Source: Terriglobia bacterium
GTDB lineage: Bacteria > Acidobacteriota > Terriglobia > 20CM-2-55-15
Assembly: GCA_965218585.1 (NCBI GenBank)
Contig: CBDCLE010000009.1
Location: forward strand, 64,001-128,000
Length of the DNA: 64,000 bases
Direction: 5' to 3'
This document shows, piece after piece, positions 1 through 9,760 of the stretch (its first letter is position 1; the number at the start of each line of letters is the position of its first letter). The notes under the pieces were generated by a model, which saw only the letters and a list, made by a program, of their open reading frames with translations, was not told the DNA's origin and made no database searches. A program made the position numbers and the translations under genes.

Positions 1-256
1 TGAGAACATCAGTGTCACGCTTATGCTGCAGCCGGGCAGCAGCATTACCGATGCTGCCGGCTCCACCTTCCAGGGGATCGAGAGCGGCACCGAAGCGGTC
101 TGGCGGATTCCGAGGTTGGGTCCCCAGGAGGAACAAGCCTATGCCTTTACCGTGGGCGATGGTGGAGGGATTGTGAGCGGCCAGGTCGTATGGCGCCGGG
201 AGGGGAGAAGCGACCGCGACCAGGGTGCGGTCGCGATGCCCCCTGCGACTCCCTGA
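1..256 (+). CDS. 3' end of a hypothetical protein (partial, beta-rich)
   Basis: Frame is open from the window start to TGA at 254-256; no family recognised. Confidence 0.5.
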   Translation, partial: ENISVTLMLQPGSSITDAAGSTFQGIESGTEAVWRIPRLGPQEEQAYAFTVGDGGGIVSGQVVWRREGRSDRDQGAVAMPPATP

Positions 257-392
257 CGCCTCGTGAACTGGCCTGTGTGCGGTTGTCGGTCGTCCGTGCT
301 TTCGGCTTCGAACTGCACCTGATACGTTCTTCGAACAGGGACGTTTGCGACTTCGAAAGCCGCCACGTCCGTTTACCCAGAATCGATCGTTT

Positions 393-1880
393 TCAGAACG
401 ATGCCGGGACCACCCGAGCAGCCAGATAGAAGACTACAAGGGAAACCAGCGGAATGATTAACAGCGTAATCGCGATTCCGCCCTTCACCATCCGTCCCAT
501 CCGCACGTAGCCGCTGGCGAACACCATTGCGTTGTACGGCGTGCCGATGGGCAGCGGAAACGCCATCGAAGCGGCCACGCCGACGGCGACCAACAACGGT
601 ATCGGATCGATCCCGGCCGAAGAGCCAATGCCCTGTACCAGAGCTCCGACCATCCCGACTGCCGCGATATTTGACACGAAACTGGTCATCACGACGGTGA
701 ACGTCACCAATCCGAACACGAAGACTATTTCCGAACCTGCCACTCCATTGAAGGCGATGATGCTCTGCTCAAAGAATTGCCCGAGTCCCAGGGTCGGGTC
801 GGCGAGGGTGTTGCCTAAAGCGAGAGCTGCGGCGATCAATGCCAGAGTTCCCCACTCCACGCCCTTAACAGCTTCATTCCAGGTCATGGCAAACTCGCGG
901 TTCTTCCAGTCCACTGGAAGAAGAAAAAGAACCGTCGCCATGATGATCGCCGTAACCGACCAACTGAGGTGTGTCGTCACCCAGACGCTCCATGGGTGAT
1001 CTCGTCCACCGGCCAGCAGCAGTGGAAGTACATCCGGAAGCAGCCAGAGCAGCATTGCCCCGATAAACACAAACGCCGAAAGCTTTTCTCCGAGTTTCCA
1101 TGGTCCGAGCTTTTTCAATTCGTCCTGAAGGAAAGACTCAGACAGCCACCGGTCCGGTCTCTCCGGTCGCAGGACATAGTGGATCACCCCGAACATCACT
1201 ACCAATCCAATCACCGACATCGGCACACAGATCACCATCCATTGAAGAAAGCCCACGCGATATCCGATTGAGTCTGCCAGGCCGATCGCGATCAGATTCG
1301 TCGGTGCACCAATCGGGGTGGCGATTCCACCCATCGTAGCGCCCCAGGCGATGGACAGGAACATAGCCTCCGGGTAACGGCTGCCTGGTTCCAAATTGAG
1401 CGTACTGACGAGTCCAAGTGCTATCGAAAGAAACACCATCGTGGTGATGACGTTCGAAAGCACAGGGCTCATGACTGCAGCGCCGACTCCGAATGCCATC
1501 AGGAGACGTCGTGGACTTCCACCGACCAGAGAGGAGCCCGCGATGTGGTACGCAATCCGGCGTGCAAGCCCATGCAACTTCACGGCATGACCAATGATGA
1601 ACGCTCCGAGGATAAATATGACGATCCAGTTGGACCAGGTGCTAAACGCGTCCTCTACCGAAAGAACCCCACAGAGGACGAGCATCGCTAACGCGAAAAG
1701 GGAAGTGGCCGGTATCGGGATTGTTTCAGAGAACCACCATGCGGCCGTCCAGAGGAAAATTCCCAGAGTCCGCATGCCTACAACCGTCACGCCATCCAAC
1801 GGAGGCGACAGGACCGATACAGCAAATAACAAAGGTCCCAGCCAAAGCCCGATCAGCTTCATGCGCTTCCTCCTGGACAA
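393..1880 (-). CDS. DASS/SLC13 family sodium:dicarboxylate/sulfate symporter
   Basis: About 12 TM segments; motifs ETIPIPATS, GGIATPIGAPTN, SN...AFPLPIGTPYNAMVF. Confidence 0.9.
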   Translation of the reverse strand: MSRRKRMKLIGLWLGPLLFAVSVLSPPLDGVTVVGMRTLGIFLWTAAWWFSETIPIPATSLFALAMLVLCGVLSVEDAFSTWSNWIVIFILGAFIIGHAVKLHGLARRIAYHIAGSSLVGGSPRRLLMAFGVGAAVMSPVLSNVITTMVFLSIALGLVSTLNLEPGSRYPEAMFLSIAWGATMGGIATPIGAPTNLIAIGLADSIGYRVGFLQWMVICVPMSVIGLVVMFGVIHYVLRPERPDRWLSESFLQDELKKLGPWKLGEKLSAFVFIGAMLLWLLPDVLPLLLAGGRDHPWSVWVTTHLSWSVTAIIMATVLFLLPVDWKNREFAMTWNEAVKGVEWGTLALIAAALALGNTLADPTLGLGQFFEQSIIAFNGVAGSEIVFVFGLVTFTVVMTSFVSNIAAVGMVGALVQGIGSSAGIDPIPLLVAVGVAASMAFPLPIGTPYNAMVFASGYVRMGRMVKGGIAITLLIIPLVSLVVFYLAARVVPASF

Positions 1881-2042
1881 TCTTCACCGATGTTGCCCGC
1901 AGAACCAGTGAGTTTAGAGCACTTTTCGAACCCCTGGGAGTCGAATTACCAAACCTCCACAGTCTGTTGAAATTTCTCGACATGATTGTGGGTTTACCAC
2001 ATACCGGACCGGGCTCTTGATGAGTAGTTTAGAATCAATTGA

Positions 2043-2128
2043 GCCTGGGTGGCGGAACTGGCAGACGCACCGGACTTAAAATCCGGAGTCCCTTACGGGA
2101 CGTGTGGGTTCGAGTCCCACCCCGGGCA
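2043..2128 (+). tRNA. tRNA-Leu (anticodon UAA)
   Basis: Acceptor stem GCCTGGG/CCCGGGC-A, anticodon arm CCGGA-CTTAAAA-TCCGG, long variable arm, T-arm GTGGG-TTCGAGT-CCCAC. Confidence 0.95.
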
Positions 2129-2139
2129 TTTCATTGCGA

Positions 2140-2385
2140 TTAGTTAGTCACATGACGTTTTTGTCGTTCATCGTCAAATTCGGCTGACTTCGTCCGAACT
2201 ATTCCCGTGGACTCATTGAGGTAGGCTTCCACTGCTTGTGCCGCCGCCTTCACATCGTCCTCGTTCGTGATGTTGTAGCGGTCGAAAATCGAACTGGTTG
2301 GTGTCCGCAGATCGCCATTGCGACTCGTTCAGGAACGCTAGCACGGACGAGATTGCGAACACCCGTTCGCCTGAAGTCGTGTGTC
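2140..2385 (-). pseudogene. Tyrosine recombinase/integrase C-terminal remnant
   Basis: HDFRRTGVRNLVRASVPERVAMAICGH, then a 1-nt frameshift, then TSSIFDRYNITNEDD; contains the H-x-x-R, GH and catalytic Y motifs; N-terminal part absent. Confidence 0.85.
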
Positions 2386-2553
2386 CTCAGCGAGACACGG
2401 TTGGTCGTCTGGGTGATAGCGGTCGCGATCGTGGAGGCTGGCTTCCTTAAGTTCGTCACCAACCTTCTTTCACCCGCCCCGCCTCAAATCGCGTCCAATC
2501 GGCTATATCTCCTTCTGTTTCAATGGAATGCTGCGACATCCGAAGCTCACCGA

Positions 2554-2645
2554 TTCTCAACGTCCGACAAGATCGTTTGCGAGGACTTGAGAATTTAATA
2601 GCGCCTAACTTACTCCGCTAGTATCCTTTACCGAGTTTTTCACGG
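2554..2645 (+). repeat. Island intergenic repeat copy R1 (right half)
   Basis: TTCTCAACGTCCGACAAGAT...GGACTTGAGAATTTAATAGC...TTACCGAGTTTTTCACGG matches the right halves of R2 and R3. Confidence 0.85.
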
Positions 2646-2669
2646 CTTTTCCAGCGACACACGTAAATC

Positions 2670-2714
2670 ATGCAATCCGGCGCCAAACTCGGCCACTACG
2701 AAATCCTGTCCCTT
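2670..2714 (+). pseudogene. 5' stub of a Ser/Thr kinase gene
   Basis: MQSGAKLGHYEILSL versus MESGTKLGHYEILDL at 12274; shared upstream CGACACAC. Confidence 0.8.
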
Positions 2715-2749
2715 AAATCCCCCGTGCGACGGCCTGTGGCCACGCGCCA

Positions 2750-2778
2750 GGTTTACATAACGCCGCATTATCATGACG
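2750..2778 (-). other. dif-like (XerC/D) site candidate
   Basis: Minus strand reads CGTCATGATAA-TGCGGCG-TTATGTAAACC. Confidence 0.45.
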
Positions 2779-3033
2779 TTCTCACCGCTGCCATAGTCGT
2801 CGCGCACTGCTTGAAAGGCTTATCCGCAGAATCCAACCACATATAATACCCGCTAGAATCGGAGGTTTTTCGACGGCTATTACGTCTTCTTTGATTAGAA
2901 GTGTGTGGGAACGCTCTGAATCATGAGAGGCGGCTAAAAATTACCCATTGAGCATTATTCCTAGGAAAATGAGCTACTGTTACAAATCTATAATTGATAC
3001 AATACCTGCAATCTCAAGTAGCAGGAGGCTATC

Positions 3034-3342
3034 TTGAAAGTCCAGCTGAAACAGCGAGACTTGGCTATTGTCAGTGATGCACTGATGCTGTTTGTGCCAA
3101 GTGCGCCTCGCCGAAGACGACTTTTTCGTGAAACCTCTCGAATGTTCCAAGAGGCAGAAGCGAGTCAAGATCTCGAAGTGAGCCCGACCCATCTTGAAGC
3201 AGCACTGGATGCTGTAAAGGCGTATGCAAGACAAGTGCCAGAGCACCGACGAAATAGAGTAGAGGATGCTACAGCAACGATCCTTGAGATGCTGTTTCGT
3301 CAACATAGATCCTCATTTTCAGGGGGGAGTTTCACCACGTGA
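3034..3342 (+). CDS. Hypothetical helical protein, paralogous to an internal domain of the downstream EAL/HDOD protein
   Basis: AGGAGG RBS upstream; ungapped similarity including LEAAL to the 4343 ORF. Confidence 0.75.
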   Translation: MKVQLKQRDLAIVSDALMLFVPSAPRRRRLFRETSRMFQEAEASQDLEVSPTHLEAALDAVKAYARQVPEHRRNRVEDATATILEMLFRQHRSSFSGGSFTT

Positions 3343-3496
3343 ATTGCTCCCCTGAGGGTCCGGCAGTCTCTTTTTTTGCGTTCAGGCTGTCGGACCCAAA
3401 AGATTTCAGAGAAGGTGTTCTGTCCAGGGTGATCCTCAGAGAAACTGCCTTTTAGAAAACCCGTGATGACTTGCTCGGAATTCATAAGTGAACTAG

Positions 3497-4306
3497 GGCG
3501 TGTTAACACTACGTAGTCCTCGACGATGAGTGCGAAGTGAAGGAAGGCGAGGAACATGACGTCGAGTTTATCGAAACGGGAAAAGATACGCCGAAAACCC
3601 TTGAGTCGGCGGAAGAGCCTCTCGACTTCGTTCCTGCGGCGGTAGAGCACGCGGTCGTATTCCCACGGCTCCAGGCGGTTGCGCTTGGGCGGCACGACGG
3701 GAATCCACCCAAAATCCAGAGCCAATTGGCGGGTCTGGTCGTCCTGGTAGGCACGGTCCATCAGCAGCGGCAGCGGCGCGGGCAACGGCCCCAGGCCGGC
3801 GAGCAGATCGCGGCCCTGCGGGGCGTCGTGCGCTTGGCCGGGCGAGAGCGCAAACGTTATCGCCGTTCGAGCATTCGCGGCAACCAGATGAATCTTGGTG
3901 GTCCATCCACCGCGGGATTTGCCGATCGCTTGCGGACCGTTTTTTTTAACGCTCCCGTGCCGTCGGGATGCACCTTCACAATGGTCGAGTCCATCGAAAC
4001 GGCTTCCACCCGGATGCGCACCAGTTGCTCGCGCTGGAGTTTTTCGAAGACGGCGTCGAGCACCCCGTTCTTGGACCAGCGGTTCATCCGGGTGTAGATG
4101 GTGTGCCAGTTGCCAAAGCGCTTGGGCAGACCGCGCCACTTGCAGCCCTGCTCAGCCACATACAAAATGGCGTTCAAGACCGTCAGGTTCGAAAGACTGA
4201 CGTTGCCCCGCTGACGCGGCAGTTCCGGCTCGATGCGACAATACTGCTCCTGTGTGATCTCCATGCCTGATTATAAAACATTCATGCTCATTAGTGTTAA
4301 CACGCC
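3497..4306 (-). mobile_element. IS5 family (IS427-like) element with a two-ORF frameshifted transposase
   Basis: TIRs GGCGTGTTAACACT/AGTGTTAACACGCC flanked by CTAG (exact TSD length ambiguous); GCKWRGLPKRFGNW, SRGGWTTKIH, RNEVERLFRRLK; A-run slip site at about 3940. Confidence 0.92.
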
Positions 4307-5664
4307 CTAGACAAGGTTCATCATCTGTTCAAATGGAAACTTGTGTCCGACACTGGTGCCGAATCGGAACAGAGATCTCAATCGCGCTTCTGGATCCGGG
4401 GCACTAGTAAGGATAAACCCGACGGCTTCGTATTCGAAGCGATTGGTGCGGTTTGCTACATACGGACAGCGAAGCAGTATGGTGTTGACAGTTGGATGGA
4501 AGCAGCCAACACACTTGGGTTGTCGGACATTGATGCCAGAGACTTGTGTGCTGCCTCAAACGACTCGACCTGGCGGACCATGGATGGACGGCGCGAGCCA
4601 GATCCACGATTGCAGTCGCTAAGGGAACAACTGGCGGAAGCAGTTCGTCTCAGAATATATATAGAGCCCAAGTTAGTCCTCCGCTTCAGCCAGGAGGAAT
4701 TGGTTGTTGTCGTCGGTGCGTTAGTTTCATTTCCTATCACCCAGCCTGAACAGGGTCAACCGTATTTGCGGGCACTGAATGCATTCCGAAGGGCAGCCGG
4801 CTTTCAACCCTTCGAGGCGACTCTCGAAAACCTTGAAGCCGCATTACGAGCGCTGGTCTCTCATAGGGACCGAGTGGCTCCCGAGCAACGCGATGCCATA
4901 GAAAGCGTTGCGGCCAAGATTGCCAGTATTTCATTGGCTCAATCTCGACCTAGGGTGGATCGTCAGGCGGATGAAGTATTCATCAACAGGCATCCGATCT
5001 TTCAGTCGAATCTCAATACTTTCGCCTACGAACTGCTTGCCGAAAGGGAAAATGCGACCGGCTATCTCGTCGTCACCCAAACCATCCTGGACAGGTTCAC
5101 AGACCAAGGACTGGATCAGTTCGTGGGCAATCGGCTGGCGTTCATCAGTGTGTCGCAGGGAGCCATTAAGGCCGGCCATTGCGATGCTATGACCAAGGAA
5201 CGCACGATTCTGGAAGTGCTCGACGGCGCCGAACCGGACAAAGACCTGTTCCGCGCACTGACGAAACTCTTCAATCAGGGTCATCGGATCGCTATAGCGG
5301 ATTCGCTCATACGGTGGAGCGACTATCCACTAGCCTCAATAGCGAACGTCATCAAGTTCGATCTTGCGGATCTCGGAAGGCTTGCCATCGAAAACCGTCT
5401 AGAAACCCTTAAGGAAGTTAAATCACAGTTATTGGCGGATCACGTGGAAACTCATGACGATTTTGAATTTGCTCGTGGTGTGAGCTTTGATTATTTTCAA
5501 GGCTCCTTTTTCTGCAAGCCCCACATTACGGGCCAAGTTATTCCGGTCAACCGCCTGGCCACGATGCACTTGCTGGTACGAGTACGAGATCCTGAAGTTG
5601 ACCTTCAAGAACTGGGAGAAATGATCAGCCAGGATTTGCCACTAGCTTTCAAGTTGCTCGAGTT

Positions 5665-7029
5665 GAGGTCGTTCCAATCGGTGTGTAAAAAGAGAAGGCG
5701 GTGTACGCTTTCGGTGAATCCGAAACCGTAAGCAATCCCGGCAGCAACCGGGAGAAAGGTACACCACCCATGAAGAAGAAGAACATACCGGCATCAGTGG
5801 CGTCAACGAACGCGTATGAAGGTTTGGAGGACTGGGCGCGATCCCGGGTCCAAGTCTGGCTACAGGAGCTGCTCGAGGACGAAGTCACTCAATTTCTGGG
5901 TCGGGAAAAGTTGGAGCGGAGTCCGAATCGACGAGGATACCGGAACGGTCACGGGAAACCGCGACGCTTCGCAATGATGAACGGTACGATGGAGGTTCGA
6001 CGACCTCGGGTTCGAAACACCGCCGAGCGGTTCGAGAGTCAGATCCTGCCGTATTTTCGACGGAAATCGAAACAGCTGGGCGAGCTACTTCCCGATCTCT
6101 ACCTCCACGGCCTGGCCACAGGGGACTTCGAGCAGGCCATGCGCGGACTGCTTGGCGCTGGCGCTCCGTTGTCGCGAGCATCGATCCAACGACTGAAATC
6201 GACCTGGCAGTTGGAGTATGACGAGTGGGTCCAGCAGGACCTGTCCGGCCTCGAGGTCGTGTACCAGTGGGCAGACGGCTTGTACGTGAAAGCGGGGATC
6301 GCGAAAGAGCGAGCGGCATTGCTGGTGATCATCGGAGCCTTGTCAGACGGGCGCAAAGTGCTGTTGGCCTGTGAGAGCGGGCAGCGGGAAAGCAAGGAGT
6401 CCTGGAGCCGCATTCTGCGCAATCTCCAGAGACGGGGCCTGAAGCTGGGACGGCTGACTGTCGCGGACGGTCACCTGGGCATCTGGTCCGCGCTGGCCGA
6501 GCAACAGCCCCAGGGCCAGGAACAACGCTGCTGGAACCACAAGTCGATCAACGTGGTCGATCATCTGCCGAAGACCGAGCAGCCCGCGGCCAGACAGCTG
6601 CTTCATGGGATGGCCTTCGCGAACTCCCGCGCGGCCTGCGAACGAAAGCGGGATCAGTTCGTCCGCCGATATGAGAAGAACTATCCCAAAGCGGGTGAGA
6701 CGCTGTTGCGGGACTGGGACCGGATGATTACTTTCTATGAGTTCCCGAAACAACACTGGGTGCATCTGAGAACAACCAACATCGTCGAGTCGCCTTTCGA
6801 CATGGTTCGCCTCCGCACCAACGCCGCTCGCCGATTCAAGCGTGTCGAGAGTGCAACGGCAATGATCTGGAAGCTACTACGTGTCGCTGAGAAGGCTTGG
6901 CGACACTTAAAAGGATCCGAACTCTTACAAGAGGTCTATGATGGTCAGCAATTCGCTGACGGCATCAGAGTCGTGATGAAATCGAAGGCCGCCGCCTGAT
7001 GACTTTTACACACCTTTTGTAATGACCTC
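5665..7029 (+). mobile_element. IS256 family element, copy 1 (transposase ORF 5701-6999, likely start 5770)
   Basis: TIRs GAGGTCGTTCCAATCGGTGTGTAAAA/TTTTACACACCTTTTGTAATGACCTC; WADG, ADG, QRCWNHK, RTTNIVES. Confidence 0.93.
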
Positions 7030-7186
7030 ACTCGGCAACCTTACTGGTGCGAAGATCCGAGATCGTTACCTGGATTCGGTAAGCTGGGCTCAAACGCATG
7101 CCGAAGGGCTGAGCATCTGAAGAGCTTGTAGATTGTTTGCCATTGGCTGGCGGCTTAGGGGAAGTTAGCGGAGACGAAGATGACGG

Positions 7187-7322
7187 TTCAAGTCCTGTTA
7201 AATCATCTTGTCGGACCTTGAGAACCCCCGTTTTTAGGCCTTTCTCACTGTCCAACGATGTCGTCTCCCAGGACTTGAGAATTTAATAGCACCTAACTCA
7301 CTCCTCTAGTATCTTTTACCGA
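7187..7322 (+). repeat. Island intergenic repeat copy R2
   Basis: TTCAAGTCCTGTTAAATCATCTTGTCGGACCTTGAGAA, then an inverted unit and tail. Confidence 0.85.
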
Positions 7323-7442
7323 AACACGCAGAACGACGCCAACCACATCCACAGCGTGTGGCGCGACTTCAACGGCGATTTCGGCGAGGACCTGCTGGCC
7401 TCCCAATACCGGGCGCACCCGCATCTCGCGCCGGAGGAATAG
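7323..7442 (+). pseudogene. C-terminal stub of a DUF3500-like protein
   Basis: [25 protein letters not shown]...; begins abruptly at the truncated end of R2. Confidence 0.7.
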
Positions 7443-7457
7443 AGGAGGAATACAGCT

Positions 7458-8729
7458 ATGTCGATTCGATTCCCAGCACTCGTGATCACGCTACTCGCGC
7501 TCGTGCCCTCGACCTTATGGTCGCAGGCGGCAGACGGCCCCGAGGCGCGCTGGACGATCCTGCACGCCGGCACGGTGCTCCCAGTTCCTGGAGAGCCACC
7601 GCTGACCCAGCAGTCGGTCGTCATCCGGGGCGATCGGGTCGACCGGCTCCTCCCCGGCTATGCGACCGCCGAGTCCCTCGGCCTCGATCCGGCCGGGGTC
7701 GACGTGATCGACCTGACGGAGTATTTCGTCCTGCCGGGCCTCATGGACATGCACGTGCACCTCACCGGCGGAGCGCCCAGCGGGGTTCCGTCCGAGGCCG
7801 CCGACCTGTACCGCCTCACGGGGGGCATCGTCAACGCCCGCCTGACGCTGCGGGCCGGCTACACGACGGTGCGCAACCCCGGCTCGACGGGATGGTCGAT
7901 CTTCGCGCTGCGCGACGGCGTCGAGGCCGGCGATCTCGAGGGCCCGAGGATGTTCGTCGCGGGGCACACGATCCGCAGCTCTGCCAGCGACGGCTCGGGA
8001 TCCTGCTACAGCGTGGAGAGCTGCCATGAGGCGGTGCGGCGCCAGATTCAGATGGGCGCCGATCTGATCAAGGTCTACGTAACCTGCAGCGGGACCGACC
8101 CCTGCGCCCACCCGGACGCGCCGGCCCTCTTCCTCAAGGACGAGCTGGTCGCCGCCGTGGAGACAGCTCGGACGCGCGAGCTGAAGGTGGCGGCACACGC
8201 CCATACGACCGCCGGCATCAACCTGGCGCTGGAGGCCGGGGTCGACTCGATCGAGCACGGCTCCTGGCTCGACGAGCGCTCCTACGAGCTCCTGGGTCAG
8301 ACCGGCGCCTACCTCGTGCCGACGCTGGCAGTGAAGGAGGTCATGCGGCAGAGGCTCGACCAACAAACGCCGGAAAATCGCGCACGGCTCGAGGCCTCTA
8401 TCAGGGAGCACCCGCGGAAGGTCTTCAAAGCTTTCCAGGCCGGCGCCAAGATTGCGTCGGGCAGCGACGCCACGGGCTCGCGGAATGGCGAGAATGCGCG
8501 CGAGCTCGAAACCTACGTCGACATCGGCCTGACCGAAATGGAAGCGATCGTCACCGCGACGGTCAACGCGGCGGCGCTGCTGGGCGAAGCCGACCTGGGC
8601 ACGCTCGAGGCCGGCAAGTTTGCGGACGTCATCGCCGTATCGGAGAACCCGCTCGAGAACATCTCGGCGTTGACCGACGTCGACTTCGTCATGAAGGGCG
8701 GCACCGTCTACGTGACCCTTCGCGACTGA
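7458..8729 (+). CDS. Secreted amidohydrolase (Xaa-Pro dipeptidase-like)
   Basis: Signal peptide; PGLMDMHVH, GYTTVRN, AHAH, SIEHG, GSDA, GKFADVIAV. Confidence 0.9.
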   Translation: MSIRFPALVITLLALVPSTLWSQAADGPEARWTILHAGTVLPVPGEPPLTQQSVVIRGDRVDRLLPGYATAESLGLDPAGVDVIDLTEYFVLPGLMDMHVHLTGGAPSGVPSEAADLYRLTGGIVNARLTLRAGYTTVRNPGSTGWSIFALRDGVEAGDLEGPRMFVAGHTIRSSASDGSGSCYSVESCHEAVRRQIQMGADLIKVYVTCSGTDPCAHPDAPALFLKDELVAAVETARTRELKVAAHAHTTAGINLALEAGVDSIEHGSWLDERSYELLGQTGAYLVPTLAVKEVMRQRLDQQTPENRARLEASIREHPRKVFKAFQAGAKIASGSDATGSRNGENARELETYVDIGLTEMEAIVTATVNAAALLGEADLGTLEAGKFADVIAVSENPLENISALTDVDFVMKGGTVYVTLRD

Positions 8730-8770
8730 AGGTCAGGCATCGCGTCGGCGAGCGGTCTGCGCGGTGACAA

Positions 8771-8931
8771 CCGTGAAATCCATTCTCAGCGCCCGATAAA
8801 TCATCTTGTCGGACGTTGAGAACCACTGTTTTTCAGGCCTTTTTCACTGTCAGAGACGGTCGTTTAACGGGAGTTGAAACTTTGATCGCGTCTAACCCCT
8901 CCCTCAGTATTCATTATCGAGTTTTTCACGG
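8771..8931 (+). repeat. Island intergenic repeat copy R3 (most complete, 161 bp, ends CCGTGAAA/TTTCACGG)
   Basis: Terminal inverted octamer plus the internal ATCATCTTGTCGGACGTTGAGAA unit. Confidence 0.85.
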
Positions 8932-9634
8932 CTCGCTCTCCCAGTCAGGGCCGCAAGCTAAGGTCAGAGGGTGTTACCATCCCTGCTTGCCTGTAACAGC
9001 GATCTATAGCGGAAGGTTCCCATGGCCTTGATCACTCGTCGAGCCTTCCTTGCGCAGTCGGCTCGGGCGGTCGGCGGTGGCCTCTGTGCGTTCGAGGCGC
9101 TACAGTTGGTCGCGTGCGAACGGGGAACGCCAATCGCTCCTTCCATCGGCTATGGGCCGCTCCAAGAGGCCGGTCCCGAGCTGGCGTTACCTACAGGTTT
9201 CCAGTACCGCGTGTTCGGGGTTGAGGGATCGACCATGTCGGACGGACGGCCCACGCCTTCAAGGCATGACGGCATGGCGGCATTCCCACTTCCCAACGGC
9301 AACATTCGCCTTATCCGCAACCACGAGGTCAGCAATGAGCCGCAGAGTGGAGCCGCATTCGGCAACCTCGGGCGGGCATACGACTCGCTGGCGGGCGGGG
9401 GGACCACCTCGCTCGAGATCAACCCCGTGACACGCGAAGTCGTTCGCGACTTCGCGAGCCTCTCCGGGACCATGCGAAACTGCGCCGGCGGACCCACGCC
9501 GTGGCAGTCATGGCTTACCTGCGAGGAGCACTTCGGCGATCAGCGGCAAGGCTATCAGCAACCGCACGGCTATGTCTTCGATGTCCCAGTGTCCGCGGAA
9601 CAGGACGTGCCGGCAGTACCGTTCCGCGCCCTAG

Positions 9635-9756
9635 CAGCCTGTCGGACTAACACCAAATCAATAATCTAAGTCATTCATATGACCGTGTTTACAGTTTCGA
9701 GCTGAAAAGGGCCGTCGTTGAAAACAAAGGACTTACGCCGAAAGTCCGACAGGCTG
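9635..9756. mobile_element. MITE (122 bp) with 14-bp TIRs, flanked by CTAG
   Basis: CAGCCTGTCGGACT ... AGTCCGACAGGCTG. Confidence 0.85.
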
Positions 9757-9760
9757 CTAG

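Larger units (their letters stand above)
3466..7120 (+). pseudogene. EAL/HDOD (YuxH-like) signalling protein with N-terminal extension, broken by IS5 and IS256
   Basis: Removing IS5 joins MTCSEFISEL-DKVHHLFKWKL in frame to the 4343 ORF; motifs RHPIF..AYELL, FQGSFFCKP, ISQDLPLAFKLL; C-terminal YLDSVSWAQ lies after IS256. Confidence 0.8.

Noticed and set aside
3340-3460. Possible sixth copy of the island repeat
   Set aside because: Only TGTCGGAC matches, which is too short to support.
7191-7203. TGTTAAAT within the island repeat as a XerD arm
   Set aside because: It lacks the preceding TTA and any XerC-like arm.
7358-8411. Long alternative-frame and antisense ORFs (here and over most core genes)
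   Set aside because: They are shadow ORFs of GC-rich coding sequence with no recognisable motifs.
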